DNA of 64,000 nucleotides from Bacillota bacterium (GTDB taxonomy: Bacteria; Bacillota; Clostridia; Christensenellales; UMGS416). The stretch is taken from the NCBI GenBank assembly GCA_023410875.1, contig JAEYPH010000062.1, forward strand, positions 14,184 to 78,183. The letters run 5' to 3'. This document shows, piece after piece, positions 35,903 to 45,634 of this stretch. A program made the position numbers and the translations under genes. A model generated the notes under the pieces. It worked only from the letters and a program-made list of their open reading frames with translations. It did no database searches and had not been told where the DNA came from. Numbering within the stretch: the first letter of the stretch is position 1; each line of letters opens with the position of its first letter.

Positions 35903-36499
35903 ATGGAATTGACCGGCAAACGCATCGGGTTTTGCCTGACTGGCTCGTTCTGTATGATCGAAGCGGTGCTTCCTGCCATAGAGCAGATGCGTGCCGAAGG
36001 CGCGGACCTGATCCCCATATTCTCCACCAGTGTCTACGAATGGGACACGCGGTTCTTCAAGGCCAAGGACCTGATCGAGCGCGTGTACGATCTCACCGGC
36101 AAGCTGCCCCTGCACACCGTCGTGGATACCGAGCCCATCGGCCCCAAGCGCATGCTGGACATGGCGGTCGTGGCGCCCTGCACGGGCAACACGATGGCCA
36201 AGCTGGCGCTGGGCATCGTGGATACGCCGGTGCTGATGGCCGTGAAAGCCCACCTGCGCAACGGCGGCCCGGCGGTGCTGGCGCCCAGCACCAACGACGG
36301 CCTGACCAACTCCATGAAGAACATCGGCATGCTTTCCACGATGCGCAACATCTACATGGTGCCCTATGAGCAGGACAACTACCAGGGCAAGCCCAACTCG
36401 CTGGTGGCCCGCATGGAGCTCATCGTGCCCACGGTGAAGCAGGCTTTTGAAGGCCGCCAGATTCAACCCGTATTGTATAAAACCGGTGAAATGATATAA
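35903..36499 (+). CDS. dpaB: dipicolinate synthase subunit B
   Basis: 198 aa flavoprotein-like. KRIGFCLTGSFCMIEAVLPAIEQM...VVAPCTGNTMAKLALGI. GGAGGG RBS. Confidence 0.85.
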   Translation: MELTGKRIGFCLTGSFCMIEAVLPAIEQMRAEGADLIPIFSTSVYEWDTRFFKAKDLIERVYDLTGKLPLHTVVDTEPIGPKRMLDMAVVAPCTGNTMAKLALGIVDTPVLMAVKAHLRNGGPAVLAPSTNDGLTNSMKNIGMLSTMRNIYMVPYEQDNYQGKPNSLVARMELIVPTVKQAFEGRQIQPVLYKTGEMI

Positions 36500-36544
36500 T
36501 AACGGAAAACATCGGACACCCTAAGGGAGGCAAGGAGCCGCAAG

Positions 36545-37759
36545 ATGAGGATTTTGGTACAGAAATTCGGTGGAACTTCGGTGCGCACGCCGGAGGCCCG
36601 CGCCATGGCGATCGACAAGGTGATAGCCGCCAAGAAGAGCGGCTATGCGCCTGTCGTCGTCGTGAGCGCCATAGGCCGCTCCGGCGAACCATATGCCACC
36701 GATACGCTGCTGCAATTTGCCTTTGAGGCGGCCGGCGCGGAGATCAACCCCAGAGACAAGGACTTGTTGATGTCCTGCGGAGAGACGATCTCCGCAGTGG
36801 TCATGGCCGGCGCTTTTGAGGCCCGCGGGTACGCCGCCCGCGCCCTGACCGGCTGGCAGGCCGGCATCTTTACAAACGACCGTTTTGGCAACGCATCCTA
36901 TTATGAAGTGGACACCGCACGGCTGTACGAGCTGCTCAATACCGGCGTGATACCGGTCGTTACGGGCTTTCAAGGCATTACCCGCAGCGGCGACGTGACC
37001 ACGCTGGGCCGCGGCGGCAGCGACACCTCCGCCGCCATCCTGGGCTCAGCGCTCAAGGCCGAAGCCATAGAGATCTACACCGATGTGGACGGCATCATGA
37101 CCGCCGACCCCAGGCTGCTGCCCGAGGCGCGGGTGCTGCCGGACATCAGCTACAACGAGATGTTCCAGATGGCCGACCACGGGGCCAAGGTCATCCACCC
37201 CAAGGCCGTGGAGATCGCCATGCGCGGCAACGTGCCGCTGATCGTGCGCAACACGATGAGCGACCATGCCGGCACCCGCATCTCCGCCGAGGCGCCCGAA
37301 GGCATGCTGCACGGCGCCGACGTGCTTTCCTCCATCGCCAGCATCGGCGCGCGAACGCAGGTCAAGGTGGAGCGCGCAACGCCGGAGATCGAGAACCGCT
37401 TGCTGCGCGGACTGGCCGATGCCGACATCAGCATCGACCTGATCAATCTGTTCCCGGATTCCATCGTCTTCACGATAGACGACGACCGCGCCGTGCGTGC
37501 CCGGCAGGTGCTGGACGCCATCGGCTGCACCTATACGCTGCTGACAGGCTGCTGCAAGGTGTCCGCCATAGGCAGCCGCATGCGGGGCGTGCCCGGCGTT
37601 ATGGCGCGCATCATAAGCGCGCTGGCCGACGAGGGCGTCACCGTGCTGCAGACGGCGGACTCCCACATGACGATCTCCTGCCTGATCCGCTCAGAGGACG
37701 CCCAGCGGGCGGTGCGGGCTCTGCATGAAGAATTCCGGCTGTCTAAAAGCGGCGGCTGA
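36545..37759 (+). CDS. dapG: aspartate kinase (DapG-type, monofunctional)
   Basis: 404 aa. MRILVQKFGGTSV, GRGGSDTSAA, and C-terminal ACT domains. Same length and layout as Bacillus DapG (from memory). Confidence 0.9.
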   Translation: MRILVQKFGGTSVRTPEARAMAIDKVIAAKKSGYAPVVVVSAIGRSGEPYATDTLLQFAFEAAGAEINPRDKDLLMSCGETISAVVMAGAFEARGYAARALTGWQAGIFTNDRFGNASYYEVDTARLYELLNTGVIPVVTGFQGITRSGDVTTLGRGGSDTSAAILGSALKAEAIEIYTDVDGIMTADPRLLPEARVLPDISYNEMFQMADHGAKVIHPKAVEIAMRGNVPLIVRNTMSDHAGTRISAEAPEGMLHGADVLSSIASIGARTQVKVERATPEIENRLLRGLADADISIDLINLFPDSIVFTIDDDRAVRARQVLDAIGCTYTLLTGCCKVSAIGSRMRGVPGVMARIISALADEGVTVLQTADSHMTISCLIRSEDAQRAVRALHEEFRLSKSGG

Positions 37760-37823
37760 GTAAGTAACATATGAAACTAAGGGCCGACGTTACCGGCTCT
37801 TGGTTTATCAATAAACAAAATAC

Positions 37824-37962
37824 TGTTGACTTGCCTTCCCCTGGAGGGGAAGGTGGCGCGAAGCGCCGGATGAGGTGTTAAAGCTGGAAATACCACCTCA
37901 TCAGTCGCCTACGGCGACAGCTTCCCCTCCGAGGGGAAGCCATGAAGGCTACTTTGTCAACA
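37824..37962. repeat. palindromic five-hairpin mosaic element
   Basis: Terminal inverted GTTGAC...GTCAAC. Internal hairpins are CTTCCCCT/GGGGAAG, GGCGC/GCGCC, GGATGAGGTG/CACCTCATC, GTCGCC/GGCGAC and CTTCCCCT/AGGGGAAG, arranged symmetrically. Confidence 0.55.
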
Positions 37963-37966
37963 CGCT

Positions 37967-37992
37967 GAGAGCCGGCCATCCGGCTCTTTTTT
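37967..37992 (+). terminator. rho-independent terminator of dapG
   Basis: GAGAGCCGG-CCAT-CCGGCTCT followed by TTTTT. Confidence 0.65.
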
Positions 37993-38119
37993 CTTGGCCA
38001 AGATGCCGACGTCCTTTAGACATTTTTCCACATTTCTTTTACCAAGACAAAATGCGATGTTCCGTATCTGCTATCCGTGGTATCATAGGGTCCGTGGCAT
38101 TTTGCCCTCAGGAGAAATC

Positions 38120-38605
38120 ATGGCCCTGAACATCGTACTCGTGGAGCCGGAGATTCCACAGAACACCGGCAACATCGCCCGCACCTGTGCCGCCACCGGC
38201 GCGCGGCTGCACCTGGTGGAGCCGTTGGGCTTTTCCATAGACGACCGGTATCTCAAGCGAGCAGGGCTGGACTACTGGCCGCTGCTGGACGTGCAGCTGT
38301 ACCCGGATCTGGAGGCGCTGTTTGCGCGCAACCCCGGGCGCTATTTCTTCTGCAGCACCAAGGCCAAGCACAGCCACGCGGACATCGCCTATCGGGACGG
38401 CGACTATCTGGTGTTCGGCCGGGAGACGCGGGGCCTGCCCGAGGCGCTGTTGGCTCAGCACTACGAAAACGCGCTGCGCATCCCCATGATCGACGAGGCG
38501 CGCTCGCTGAACCTGAGCAACGCTGTGGCCATCGTCGTGTATGAGGCGCTGCGGCAGCTGGGCTTTCCGGATATGAAGCTGGGGGGGAGCCTGCGGGAAT
38601 ACTGA
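38120..38605 (+). CDS. trmL: tRNA (cytidine/uridine-34 2'-O)-methyltransferase TrmL (SpoU family)
   Basis: 161 aa. LNIVLVEPEIPQNTGNIARTCAATGARLHLVEPLGF and LVFGRETRGLP...RIPM....RSLNLSNAVAIVVYEALRQ. Confidence 0.9.
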   Translation: MALNIVLVEPEIPQNTGNIARTCAATGARLHLVEPLGFSIDDRYLKRAGLDYWPLLDVQLYPDLEALFARNPGRYFFCSTKAKHSHADIAYRDGDYLVFGRETRGLPEALLAQHYENALRIPMIDEARSLNLSNAVAIVVYEALRQLGFPDMKLGGSLREY

Positions 38606-39576
38606 TGAACGATTTGACGCAACAGGTATTGATCCTGATCCTGATGATGGCGCTGGGGTTCGGCCTGGCGCTGGGAAAGGTCATCAACGACGATGGGCGG
38701 GCACTGCTGACGAAGATCGTCATCCACGTGACCGCTCCGCTGCTGGTCATCAAGAGCTTTCAGATGGAATTTGAAACCCATTTGCTCATCAACATGGGCA
38801 TCATGGCAGCCTTCGGTTTTCTCTCGATGTTCGCGTTCTATCTGCTGGGCAGGCTGTGGCCGATCAAAGATATGGGCAAGAAGAAGGTGCTGTGGGAAGC
38901 TACTGTGTTCAGCAACTGCGGCTTCATGGGCTATCCGTTGCTCTTCAGCCTCCTGGGTGAAACCGGCGTGGTCTACGGCTCCGTGTATGTCATGGCGTTC
39001 ACCGTGTATCAATGGACCATCGGCGTCAGCATCTATGCCGGCAAAAGCGGCAGCATCAGGGAAGTCCTTAAGCAGCCGGGCCTGATCGCCGTGTTCATCG
39101 GCCTTGCGCTGTTTGTGACCGGCTGGCAGCTGCCGGGTTTTGTCAACGGCGCCATCAATTATGTGTCTGCGATGAATACGCCGCTGGCCATGATGATCGT
39201 GGGCGTGCTGGTGGCCGAAGGAGATTTCAAGCTGGTGCTGCGGGAGGGGCTGGCCTTCGTGGGGGCGGCGGTGCGCCTGGTGGCGCTGCCGGCGCTGGCT
39301 CTGCTAACCTTCTGGGCGCTGTGGGCGCTGGGTGTGCCCGGCGTGCCGGCCTTGGGCAGCGATACCGTGGCGGCTTGCGTGCTCATCACTGCTATGCCTG
39401 TGGCCGCTAACGTGGCCATTTTCGCCTCTATGTTCGGCGTGCGGCCACAGTTCGCCGCGCAGACGGTGCTGGTCAGCACGCTGCTCAGCGTGGTCACGGT
39501 GCCGCTGTGGATGTTCCTGCTTCAGATGCTCGTCAAGGCTGTGTCTGCGATTGGAGGCGGTGGCCCGACAGGCTGA
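38605..39576 (+). CDS. AEC (auxin efflux carrier) family transporter
   Basis: 323 aa and about 10 TM. Family-typical N-terminus with ..LLTKIVIHVTAPLLVIKSF. Start overlaps the trmL stop (TGATG). Confidence 0.8.
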   Translation: MNDLTQQVLILILMMALGFGLALGKVINDDGRALLTKIVIHVTAPLLVIKSFQMEFETHLLINMGIMAAFGFLSMFAFYLLGRLWPIKDMGKKKVLWEATVFSNCGFMGYPLLFSLLGETGVVYGSVYVMAFTVYQWTIGVSIYAGKSGSIREVLKQPGLIAVFIGLALFVTGWQLPGFVNGAINYVSAMNTPLAMMIVGVLVAEGDFKLVLREGLAFVGAAVRLVALPALALLTFWALWALGVPGVPALGSDTVAACVLITAMPVAANVAIFASMFGVRPQFAAQTVLVSTLLSVVTVPLWMFLLQMLVKAVSAIGGGGPTG

Positions 39577-40045
39577 GTACCAGGTGGGGCTCGGCCTTGG
39601 CCTGTGCCGAGGGGATGAAGCGCCCCTGGCGGTTGATGAACAGGCCGTCCAGCACGAAGCTGGCCTTCTGCATGCGCACTGGGCGCTGGCTGTAGATGGC
39701 CAGCAGGGCGTTCTCTTCCAAACCACCGGTGCGCTCCAGTATGCGCCGCTGGGCCTCAGAAGCCAGCGCCTGCGCCACACCGCAGCCTATAAAGGGTTCA
39801 AACACGACAAAATCCAATACTTCCGGCAGCAGATCCTCGGCCTGCTCGGCGCCGAACCACCCAACGCGGGCGAACCCCGCCGGCTGGCTGGCCACTTCCA
39901 CGACCAGCAAATCCACCTCGCCGCTGCGCGCCAGCACGAACCAGCGTTCCAGCGCCGCCGTGCCCAGGTCGCGCCCCTGGCGGCGGAAGGCTTCCGACAG
40001 CCCATGGTAATCCGACGGTAGCATGCTGCGCACGATGATGCCCAT
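39533..40045 (-). CDS. GNAT-family N-acetyltransferase (weak)
   Basis: 170 aa. A beta4-alpha3-like segment VVFEPFIGCGVAQALASEAQRRI. The 3' end overlaps the AEC gene convergently by 44 nt. Confidence 0.55.
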   Translation of the reverse strand: MGIIVRSMLPSDYHGLSEAFRRQGRDLGTAALERWFVLARSGEVDLLVVEVASQPAGFARVGWFGAEQAEDLLPEVLDFVVFEPFIGCGVAQALASEAQRRILERTGGLEENALLAIYSQRPVRMQKASFVLDGLFINRQGRFIPSAQAKAEPHLVLSLSGHRLQSQTQP

Positions 40046-40167
40046 GGCGTTCTCCTGTACCGATTATAAGCCCATTCTATGCGACAGTGAACAAAGGGGC
40101 AACCGGGGAAAGCTGCCGTTCCTTGACGAGTTTTGTTGGTTATGGGCCGGTGGGATTGTTCGCTATG

Positions 40168-40698
40168 CTAACTAAATTTATTAACTATATCAACTGTAGG
40201 ATATCCTAACACTCTTGCTGCATTATAGGCAATTAAATAGAAGTTGCTGTTATAAAGACTATGTAGAATTTTATTGATATCTTCATCGTTAAAATCAGGA
40301 AGTAGATAGATAACATCAATAAGTTGATATTCAGTCTTAGGTAGTTGTTTTGTCAACAGTAAGGTTGTTTTTTTTGCCTCCTCTAGCATTTTCTCGTCCT
40401 TATTAATAGAAAAAACAGCATGCGCTATTGCAATCCTGATAAAGCCATTGCTTCCCGGTAATAGATTATATAAATATGGCAATGACGAGAAAGACCTGAT
40501 ATGACCTAATCCTCTGATAGGCCATGAATCGTCTAAACTCAACGCATCTATTAACTCACTTTCTGCGATTTTCAAATCATCGGCTGAGAGCTCATCTAAA
40601 AGATTAAGTGGAACACCATCTTTTCTCTGTGCCCAGGTTTTGGCATTTAAAAATTCAGAACGGAAAATATTTAGGCTTTCTGATGGCTGAGAGTCCAT
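40168..40698 (-). CDS. hypothetical protein, helical-repeat-like (AT-rich islet)
   Basis: 176 aa. No motif recognised. About 32% GC in a hand-counted line. Confidence 0.45.
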   Translation of the reverse strand: MDSQPSESLNIFRSEFLNAKTWAQRKDGVPLNLLDELSADDLKIAESELIDALSLDDSWPIRGLGHIRSFSSLPYLYNLLPGSNGFIRIAIAHAVFSINKDEKMLEEAKKTTLLLTKQLPKTEYQLIDVIYLLPDFNDEDINKILHSLYNSNFYLIAYNAARVLGYPTVDIVNKFS

Positions 40699-40797
40699 AT
40701 CGACATTACCTTTCTTAGCAAAAAAATCCTCAGTCCAATATTAATAATCTTGAATAGATTTATCATCTTCCACCTCATAAGAGCATACGCACTTCAG

Positions 40798-41613
40798 CTA
40801 TTTTTTCTGCGCCATAAACATGCCGTACTCTCTGGGGAAATAAATGATTCCATGCTCATCCTTACATGAGTCGAAAAAATCCTGCAAACAGCCGACTCGT
40901 GACCTGTCAAAACCAGCCATTGCAGTTGAGGACAGTGCATACTCTACCAAGTCCGCCGAATCCGTTACCTCCAGAAAATCGGCATACAGATACAGTACGA
41001 CATCCTCAAAATTCTTTCTTAGCGGTTCTCGGGCAGTCTGCATCGTGAGGGGATAGTCGCTTTCTTTATAGACATCCAGGGATGGGTCAAACTCCTGCAG
41101 TTTCTCCCGCAGGAATCGGATTGCGCCATTTTTACCGAAGGTAAATGCATAAAAGATGCCTTGCGGCTTAAGCACGCGGTAAACCTCAGCAATTGCTTTC
41201 TGGATGTCTGGAACATGCTGCAACACAAGGATGGCAATGATCACATCGTAAGAATTGTCCGCCGCGTCTATGCTTTGGATATCCAGTTCACGGGCAGTAA
41301 CATTCGCAATATGACCAAACTTGCCTCGAACAATGTCAACCATCGCCGGTGAAAAGTCCGTCAGCTCCAGGGTTGCGCCCTCCGGCAGGGTCTCGATTCG
41401 CCCTTCCCACAGAGAGCCAGTTCCGCAACCTACCTCCAGAATGCGGCAGCCCTCAAAGAAATGATAATTCTCGAATGCCCAGTGCGCCCACTTCTTGTTC
41501 GTGTCATATTTCTGATGCAAGTTCCTGCGTGTGGCAAGATTGTCCTGTGTTTTGTATTGCTCCTGAACTGTACTGGGATTACTGATCTCCGGCATATACC
41601 AAAATCCTCCCAT
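40798..41613 (-). CDS. class I SAM-dependent methyltransferase (AT-rich islet)
   Basis: ILEVGCGTGSLWEGRIETLPEGATLELTDFSPAMV. Alternative start at 41595. Confidence 0.75.
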   Translation of the reverse strand: MGGFWYMPEISNPSTVQEQYKTQDNLATRRNLHQKYDTNKKWAHWAFENYHFFEGCRILEVGCGTGSLWEGRIETLPEGATLELTDFSPAMVDIVRGKFGHIANVTARELDIQSIDAADNSYDVIIAILVLQHVPDIQKAIAEVYRVLKPQGIFYAFTFGKNGAIRFLREKLQEFDPSLDVYKESDYPLTMQTAREPLRKNFEDVVLYLYADFLEVTDSADLVEYALSSTAMAGFDRSRVGCLQDFFDSCKDEHGIIYFPREYGMFMAQKK

Positions 41614-41869
41614 AGTATAAATCCGCAGTCAAAACTCACCCGTTTATTAGTCGATATTAATTATAGCATAAAAGATTGTGATTTTTTGGGTCGCGTGAAT
41701 ATTGCCTGCATCTTTCAATACGGCGAAGCGGTGCCATTGAGAGGCCGTATGCAATACGGCCCTACGAAATTGCGTAAGAAACTGGCAAGCGTTGCCACAA
41801 ACAAAAAAACCGCTTCACCCACCTACTAAACTTCGGCGGCAAAGCGGCTGACAAAAGAGGTTGGCGAAT

Positions 41870-43675
41870 TTAAACTGCTTTCATAAAGCGGTACTGCGCC
41901 TCGCAGAGCTCGTAATAAGCGCCCTTCTGTTCCATGAGTTCCTCGTGGCGGCCGGCTTCTATGATCTTGCCCTGATCCACAACCATGATGCAGTCGGCCT
42001 TGCGGATCGTGGAAAGCCGGTGGGCGATGACGAAGGACGTGCGGCCCTTGAGCACGCGCTCCAGCGCCTTCTGTATCAGCACCTCGGTGCGGGTGTCGAT
42101 GGAGGCGGTGGCCTCATCGAGGATCAGGATGCGCGGATCGGCCAGCAGCGCCCGGGCGAAGGAGATCAGCTGCTTCTGCCCGGTGGACAGGCGGCTGCCG
42201 CGTTCGCGCACTTCGGTCTGGTAGCCGTTCTCCATCTGCATGATGAACTCGTGGGCGTGCACGGCGCGGGCGGCCTCTATGACTTCCTCGTCGGTAGCGT
42301 CCAGCCGGCCGTAGCGCAGGTTGTCCATGATCGTGCCGGAGAAGATGAAGCTATCCTGCAGCATGATGCCCATCTGGGAGCGCAGCGAGTGCAGCTCCAC
42401 GTCGCGGATGTCGTGGCCGTCGATAAGCACGCGGCCCTTATTCACATCATAGAAGCGGCTTATGAGGCTGACAACCGTGGACTTGCCCGCACCGGTGGGG
42501 CCTACCAGCGCCACGGTCATGCCCGGCTTCACTTCAAAACTCACGTCGTCCAGCACAATCTGCCCGTCCTCATAGTCATAGCCGAAGGTCACATGATCGA
42601 AGGACACATGGCCGGTGATGGGGGGCAGGGGCTGCGCGCCTTCCTTGCTATGTATGATAGCCGGCGTATCCATGATCTCGTAGATGCGCTCCAGCGAGGC
42701 CATGGCCGAGAGAATTTCGTAATAGATGTTGGAGATCTGGTTTAGCGGGTCCCAGAAGCGGCCCAGGTACCACGTCATCGCGAACAGCGTGCCCATGGAG
42801 ATCGGGTCCACCGGCGCGTTGATCCAGCGCACGCCGAAATAGTAGATCAGGCATGTGCCCACGGAGCTTACGAGCTCGAAGGCGGGGAAGAAGGCCGCGC
42901 CCAGCTTGATCGCCTTCATCCACGTGCGGCGGATTTCACTGTTGGCGCCGCGGAAGATCCTGGAATTTTCCTCTTCCCGGGTGAAGGCCTGTGTCACGCG
43001 CATGCCGGCCAGGCTCTCGTGCAAATAGGCGTTCATCGTGCTGGACTTCCAGCGCACCTCGCGCCACGCCGAGCGGATGTGGGGCTTGAGCACGAACACG
43101 ATGATCAGCAGCAGCGGCACCACCGCGAAGGCCACCAGCGCCAGCCGCCAGTTGATGACCAGCATGATGGTGGCGATGGCAACCAGCGACAGTGCGTTGG
43201 TCAGCATGTTGACGATGCCCTGGGAAAACAGGCCCAGCAGCGAATCCACGTCGTTGATGACGCGCAGCATGATCTTGCCAGCCGGGCGGGAATCGAAGAA
43301 ATCAAAGCCCAGCGTCTGGATGTGGGTGAAAAGCTCCTCGCGCAGCGTGGCCAGCGCCCGGCGGCCGGTCACGTTCATCAGCCGCACCTTGGTGCGCAGC
43401 ATCACGGAGCCCAGCGCCGCCGCGCCAAGGATGGCCGCCACGATCCACGGCAGCAGAGAATAATCGCCGCCTGTGATGCTGCGGTCCAGCGCCAGGCTAA
43501 TCATGTAGGGCGACACCAGGCCGCACAGCATGTTGATGACCATCGCGACGATGCTCAAGGCCACCAAGCCCCTGTAAGGCTTCAGGTAGCTCAGCACCCG
43601 CAGGAAATAGTGGGTATTGAAGGAGCTTACAAACTTCTCATCGTCCAGCAGCAGCGCCCGTCTCGCTCTAGGCAT
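41870..43675 (-). CDS. ABC exporter, fused permease/ATPase (MdlB/type-I exporter), subunit 2
   Basis: 601 aa from MPRARRALLLDDEKF. Six-TM domain followed by GPTGAGKST, LSTGQKQLISFARAL and ILILDEATA. Start overlaps the upstream stop by 8 nt. The ORF-track N-terminal extension to 43828 is rejected. Confidence 0.9.
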   Translation of the reverse strand: MPRARRALLLDDEKFVSSFNTHYFLRVLSYLKPYRGLVALSIVAMVINMLCGLVSPYMISLALDRSITGGDYSLLPWIVAAILGAAALGSVMLRTKVRLMNVTGRRALATLREELFTHIQTLGFDFFDSRPAGKIMLRVINDVDSLLGLFSQGIVNMLTNALSLVAIATIMLVINWRLALVAFAVVPLLLIIVFVLKPHIRSAWREVRWKSSTMNAYLHESLAGMRVTQAFTREEENSRIFRGANSEIRRTWMKAIKLGAAFFPAFELVSSVGTCLIYYFGVRWINAPVDPISMGTLFAMTWYLGRFWDPLNQISNIYYEILSAMASLERIYEIMDTPAIIHSKEGAQPLPPITGHVSFDHVTFGYDYEDGQIVLDDVSFEVKPGMTVALVGPTGAGKSTVVSLISRFYDVNKGRVLIDGHDIRDVELHSLRSQMGIMLQDSFIFSGTIMDNLRYGRLDATDEEVIEAARAVHAHEFIMQMENGYQTEVRERGSRLSTGQKQLISFARALLADPRILILDEATASIDTRTEVLIQKALERVLKGRTSFVIAHRLSTIRKADCIMVVDQGKIIEAGRHEELMEQKGAYYELCEAQYRFMKAV

Positions 43676-45464
43676 CCAGAGCCATCCCCCTTTCGCCCAG
43701 CGCTTCTTCGAAGTCGCGGTATTGGTCCATGTAGATGCCCCAGTACAGGCCCCGCTTTTGCAGCAGGTCGCTGTGGGCGCCGCGCTCGGCGATGGCGCCG
43801 TTCTCCAGCACCAATATCTCGTCGGCATCCTTCACGGCGGAGATGCGGTGGGATATGAGCAGCGTGGTGCGCTGCGCGGCGCGCTTGGCCAGCGCCTGTT
43901 GTATTGCGTATTCGGTCTCCATGTCCACGGCGCTGGTCGCGTCGTCGAACACCAGGATGCTCGGGTTGTAGCACAACGCCCGGGCGATGGCGGCGCGCTG
44001 CTTCTGCCCTCCGGACAGGCCCATGCCGCGTTCGCCCACGATGGTGTTGTAGCCGTCTTCCAGCTTGGAGACGTATTCGCTGGCGCAGGCGGCCTCGCAG
44101 GCGGCGTCCAGCTCCTCGGGCGTGGCGTCGGGGTTGCCGAAGGCAATGTTGTTCTCCAGCGTCTCGCTGAACAGGAAGGTCTCCTGCATCACATAGCCGA
44201 TGCGGCGGCGCAGTTCCTTGAGCTTGTATTGCTTGACGTCGATGCCGTCCACGAGCACGGCGCCTTCGCCGCAATCATAGAAGCGGCCCAGCAGGTTCAC
44301 GATGGTCGTCTTGCCGGAGCCCGTGGCGCCCATGATGGCCAGCGTCTGGCCGGGCTTTACCTTGAAGTTGATGTGGCGCAGCACAGGCTCGTCCTCATAA
44401 CGGAACGTCACATCGCGGAACTCCACGAGGCCGGTGAAGGTCTCGGGCGCGCGGGCGTCTTCGGGTTCGCGAATCTCGGAGCCGAAGTCCAGATAATAGA
44501 ACAGGCGGTCGCCGGAGCTGATGGCCTGGGTGACCATATTGACGGTGTTGGCCAGGTTGCGCAGCGGCATCATGATCATCCAGATGTAGCCGATGGCGGC
44601 GATGAGCATGCCCGGCGTCACGATGCCCTGAGCAGCCAGGTGCCCAGCCATCATCAGCACCAGCACGCTGGGCAGCGCGCCCACGAAATCCAGCGCCGAG
44701 TTGAAGTTGGCGTTGGTGCGGGTGATGTTGATGCCGATGTCCAGGTGCTTGCTGTTCTGCTCGTTGAATGCTTCGACCTCGTGGTCCTCGCGGGCGTAGG
44801 CCTTCACGACGCGCACACCGGAGATGTTCTCCTGGGCGCGGGTGTTGAGCACGGCGTTCTGCTCGCGAATCTCCCGCTGCTGGGGCCGGGCGGTGCGGTC
44901 GAACTTCCACGCCAGAAAGGCTGTCACCGGCATCACGGCCGTGACGACCAGCGCAAGGCGCCAGTCCAGCGTAAACATCGCGATCAGCGAACCCACCAGG
45001 AAGATGCCGTGCTCGGCGATGACGGGCAGGCCGCCGGCCAGCAGCATGCGCACGGCATCCATGTCGCCGGTCATGCGGCTCATGATCTCGCCGATGCGGT
45101 GGTTGTCGTAGAAGCGGTAGGGCAGTTCGTGCAGATGGTCGTAGAGGCTCTGCCGGAAATCGAAGATGATGTTCTGGGAGATGCGCTCAAAGGTGACGCC
45201 GCGCACAAAGGCCCCCAGCGCGCGGGACATGGACAGCCCGATCAGCAGGCCCAGCACGCCGATCAGATACTCGGTGTGACCGCCCTTGATGACCTCGTCC
45301 ACAAGGAATTTTGACACATAGGGGCCGGCGATGAACGTGGCGACGAACACGAGGGTAAGCGACATTGCGAAGATGAACTTGCCACGATAGGGCTTGATTA
45401 ACCTAAGGATGCGCTTGAAACTATCCAATGCAACTCTCTCCGGCAGGGAAGTCCGGAATAGCAT
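43668..45464 (-). CDS. ABC exporter, fused permease/ATPase, subunit 1
   Basis: 598 aa. GATGSGKTT, LSGGQKQRAAIARAL, ILVFDDATS. Forms a heterodimer pair with the downstream gene. Confidence 0.9.
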   Translation of the reverse strand: MLFRTSLPERVALDSFKRILRLIKPYRGKFIFAMSLTLVFVATFIAGPYVSKFLVDEVIKGGHTEYLIGVLGLLIGLSMSRALGAFVRGVTFERISQNIIFDFRQSLYDHLHELPYRFYDNHRIGEIMSRMTGDMDAVRMLLAGGLPVIAEHGIFLVGSLIAMFTLDWRLALVVTAVMPVTAFLAWKFDRTARPQQREIREQNAVLNTRAQENISGVRVVKAYAREDHEVEAFNEQNSKHLDIGINITRTNANFNSALDFVGALPSVLVLMMAGHLAAQGIVTPGMLIAAIGYIWMIMMPLRNLANTVNMVTQAISSGDRLFYYLDFGSEIREPEDARAPETFTGLVEFRDVTFRYEDEPVLRHINFKVKPGQTLAIMGATGSGKTTIVNLLGRFYDCGEGAVLVDGIDVKQYKLKELRRRIGYVMQETFLFSETLENNIAFGNPDATPEELDAACEAACASEYVSKLEDGYNTIVGERGMGLSGGQKQRAAIARALCYNPSILVFDDATSAVDMETEYAIQQALAKRAAQRTTLLISHRISAVKDADEILVLENGAIAERGAHSDLLQKRGLYWGIYMDQYRDFEEALGERGMALDA

Positions 45465-45634
45465 TCCCCGCTCTGCGAAAACTAGTTTGGCGCTGCGGCA
45501 AAAAAGAGTGAAACCGCGTCTATTTTACTCATGTCGCCACCGTAATGCAACAAAAACCGCCCGAATTGTGGATTTGAATGAGAACATTTGTGGGAAGCTC
45601 TAAAAACAGGAAAGGTTCCCGCGGCGTGGCCGGC

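Noticed and set aside
37875-38129. 84-aa ORF on the plus strand
   Set aside because: It is generated by the palindromic hairpin mosaic and the dapG terminator, has no RBS, and runs into the trmL start region. It is spurious.
41743-41761. Hairpin GGCCGTAT-GCA-ATACGGCC, resembling a motif I recall as interspersed in Clostridia genomes
   Set aside because: There is only one copy in this window and I cannot verify repetitiveness without a genome-wide search.
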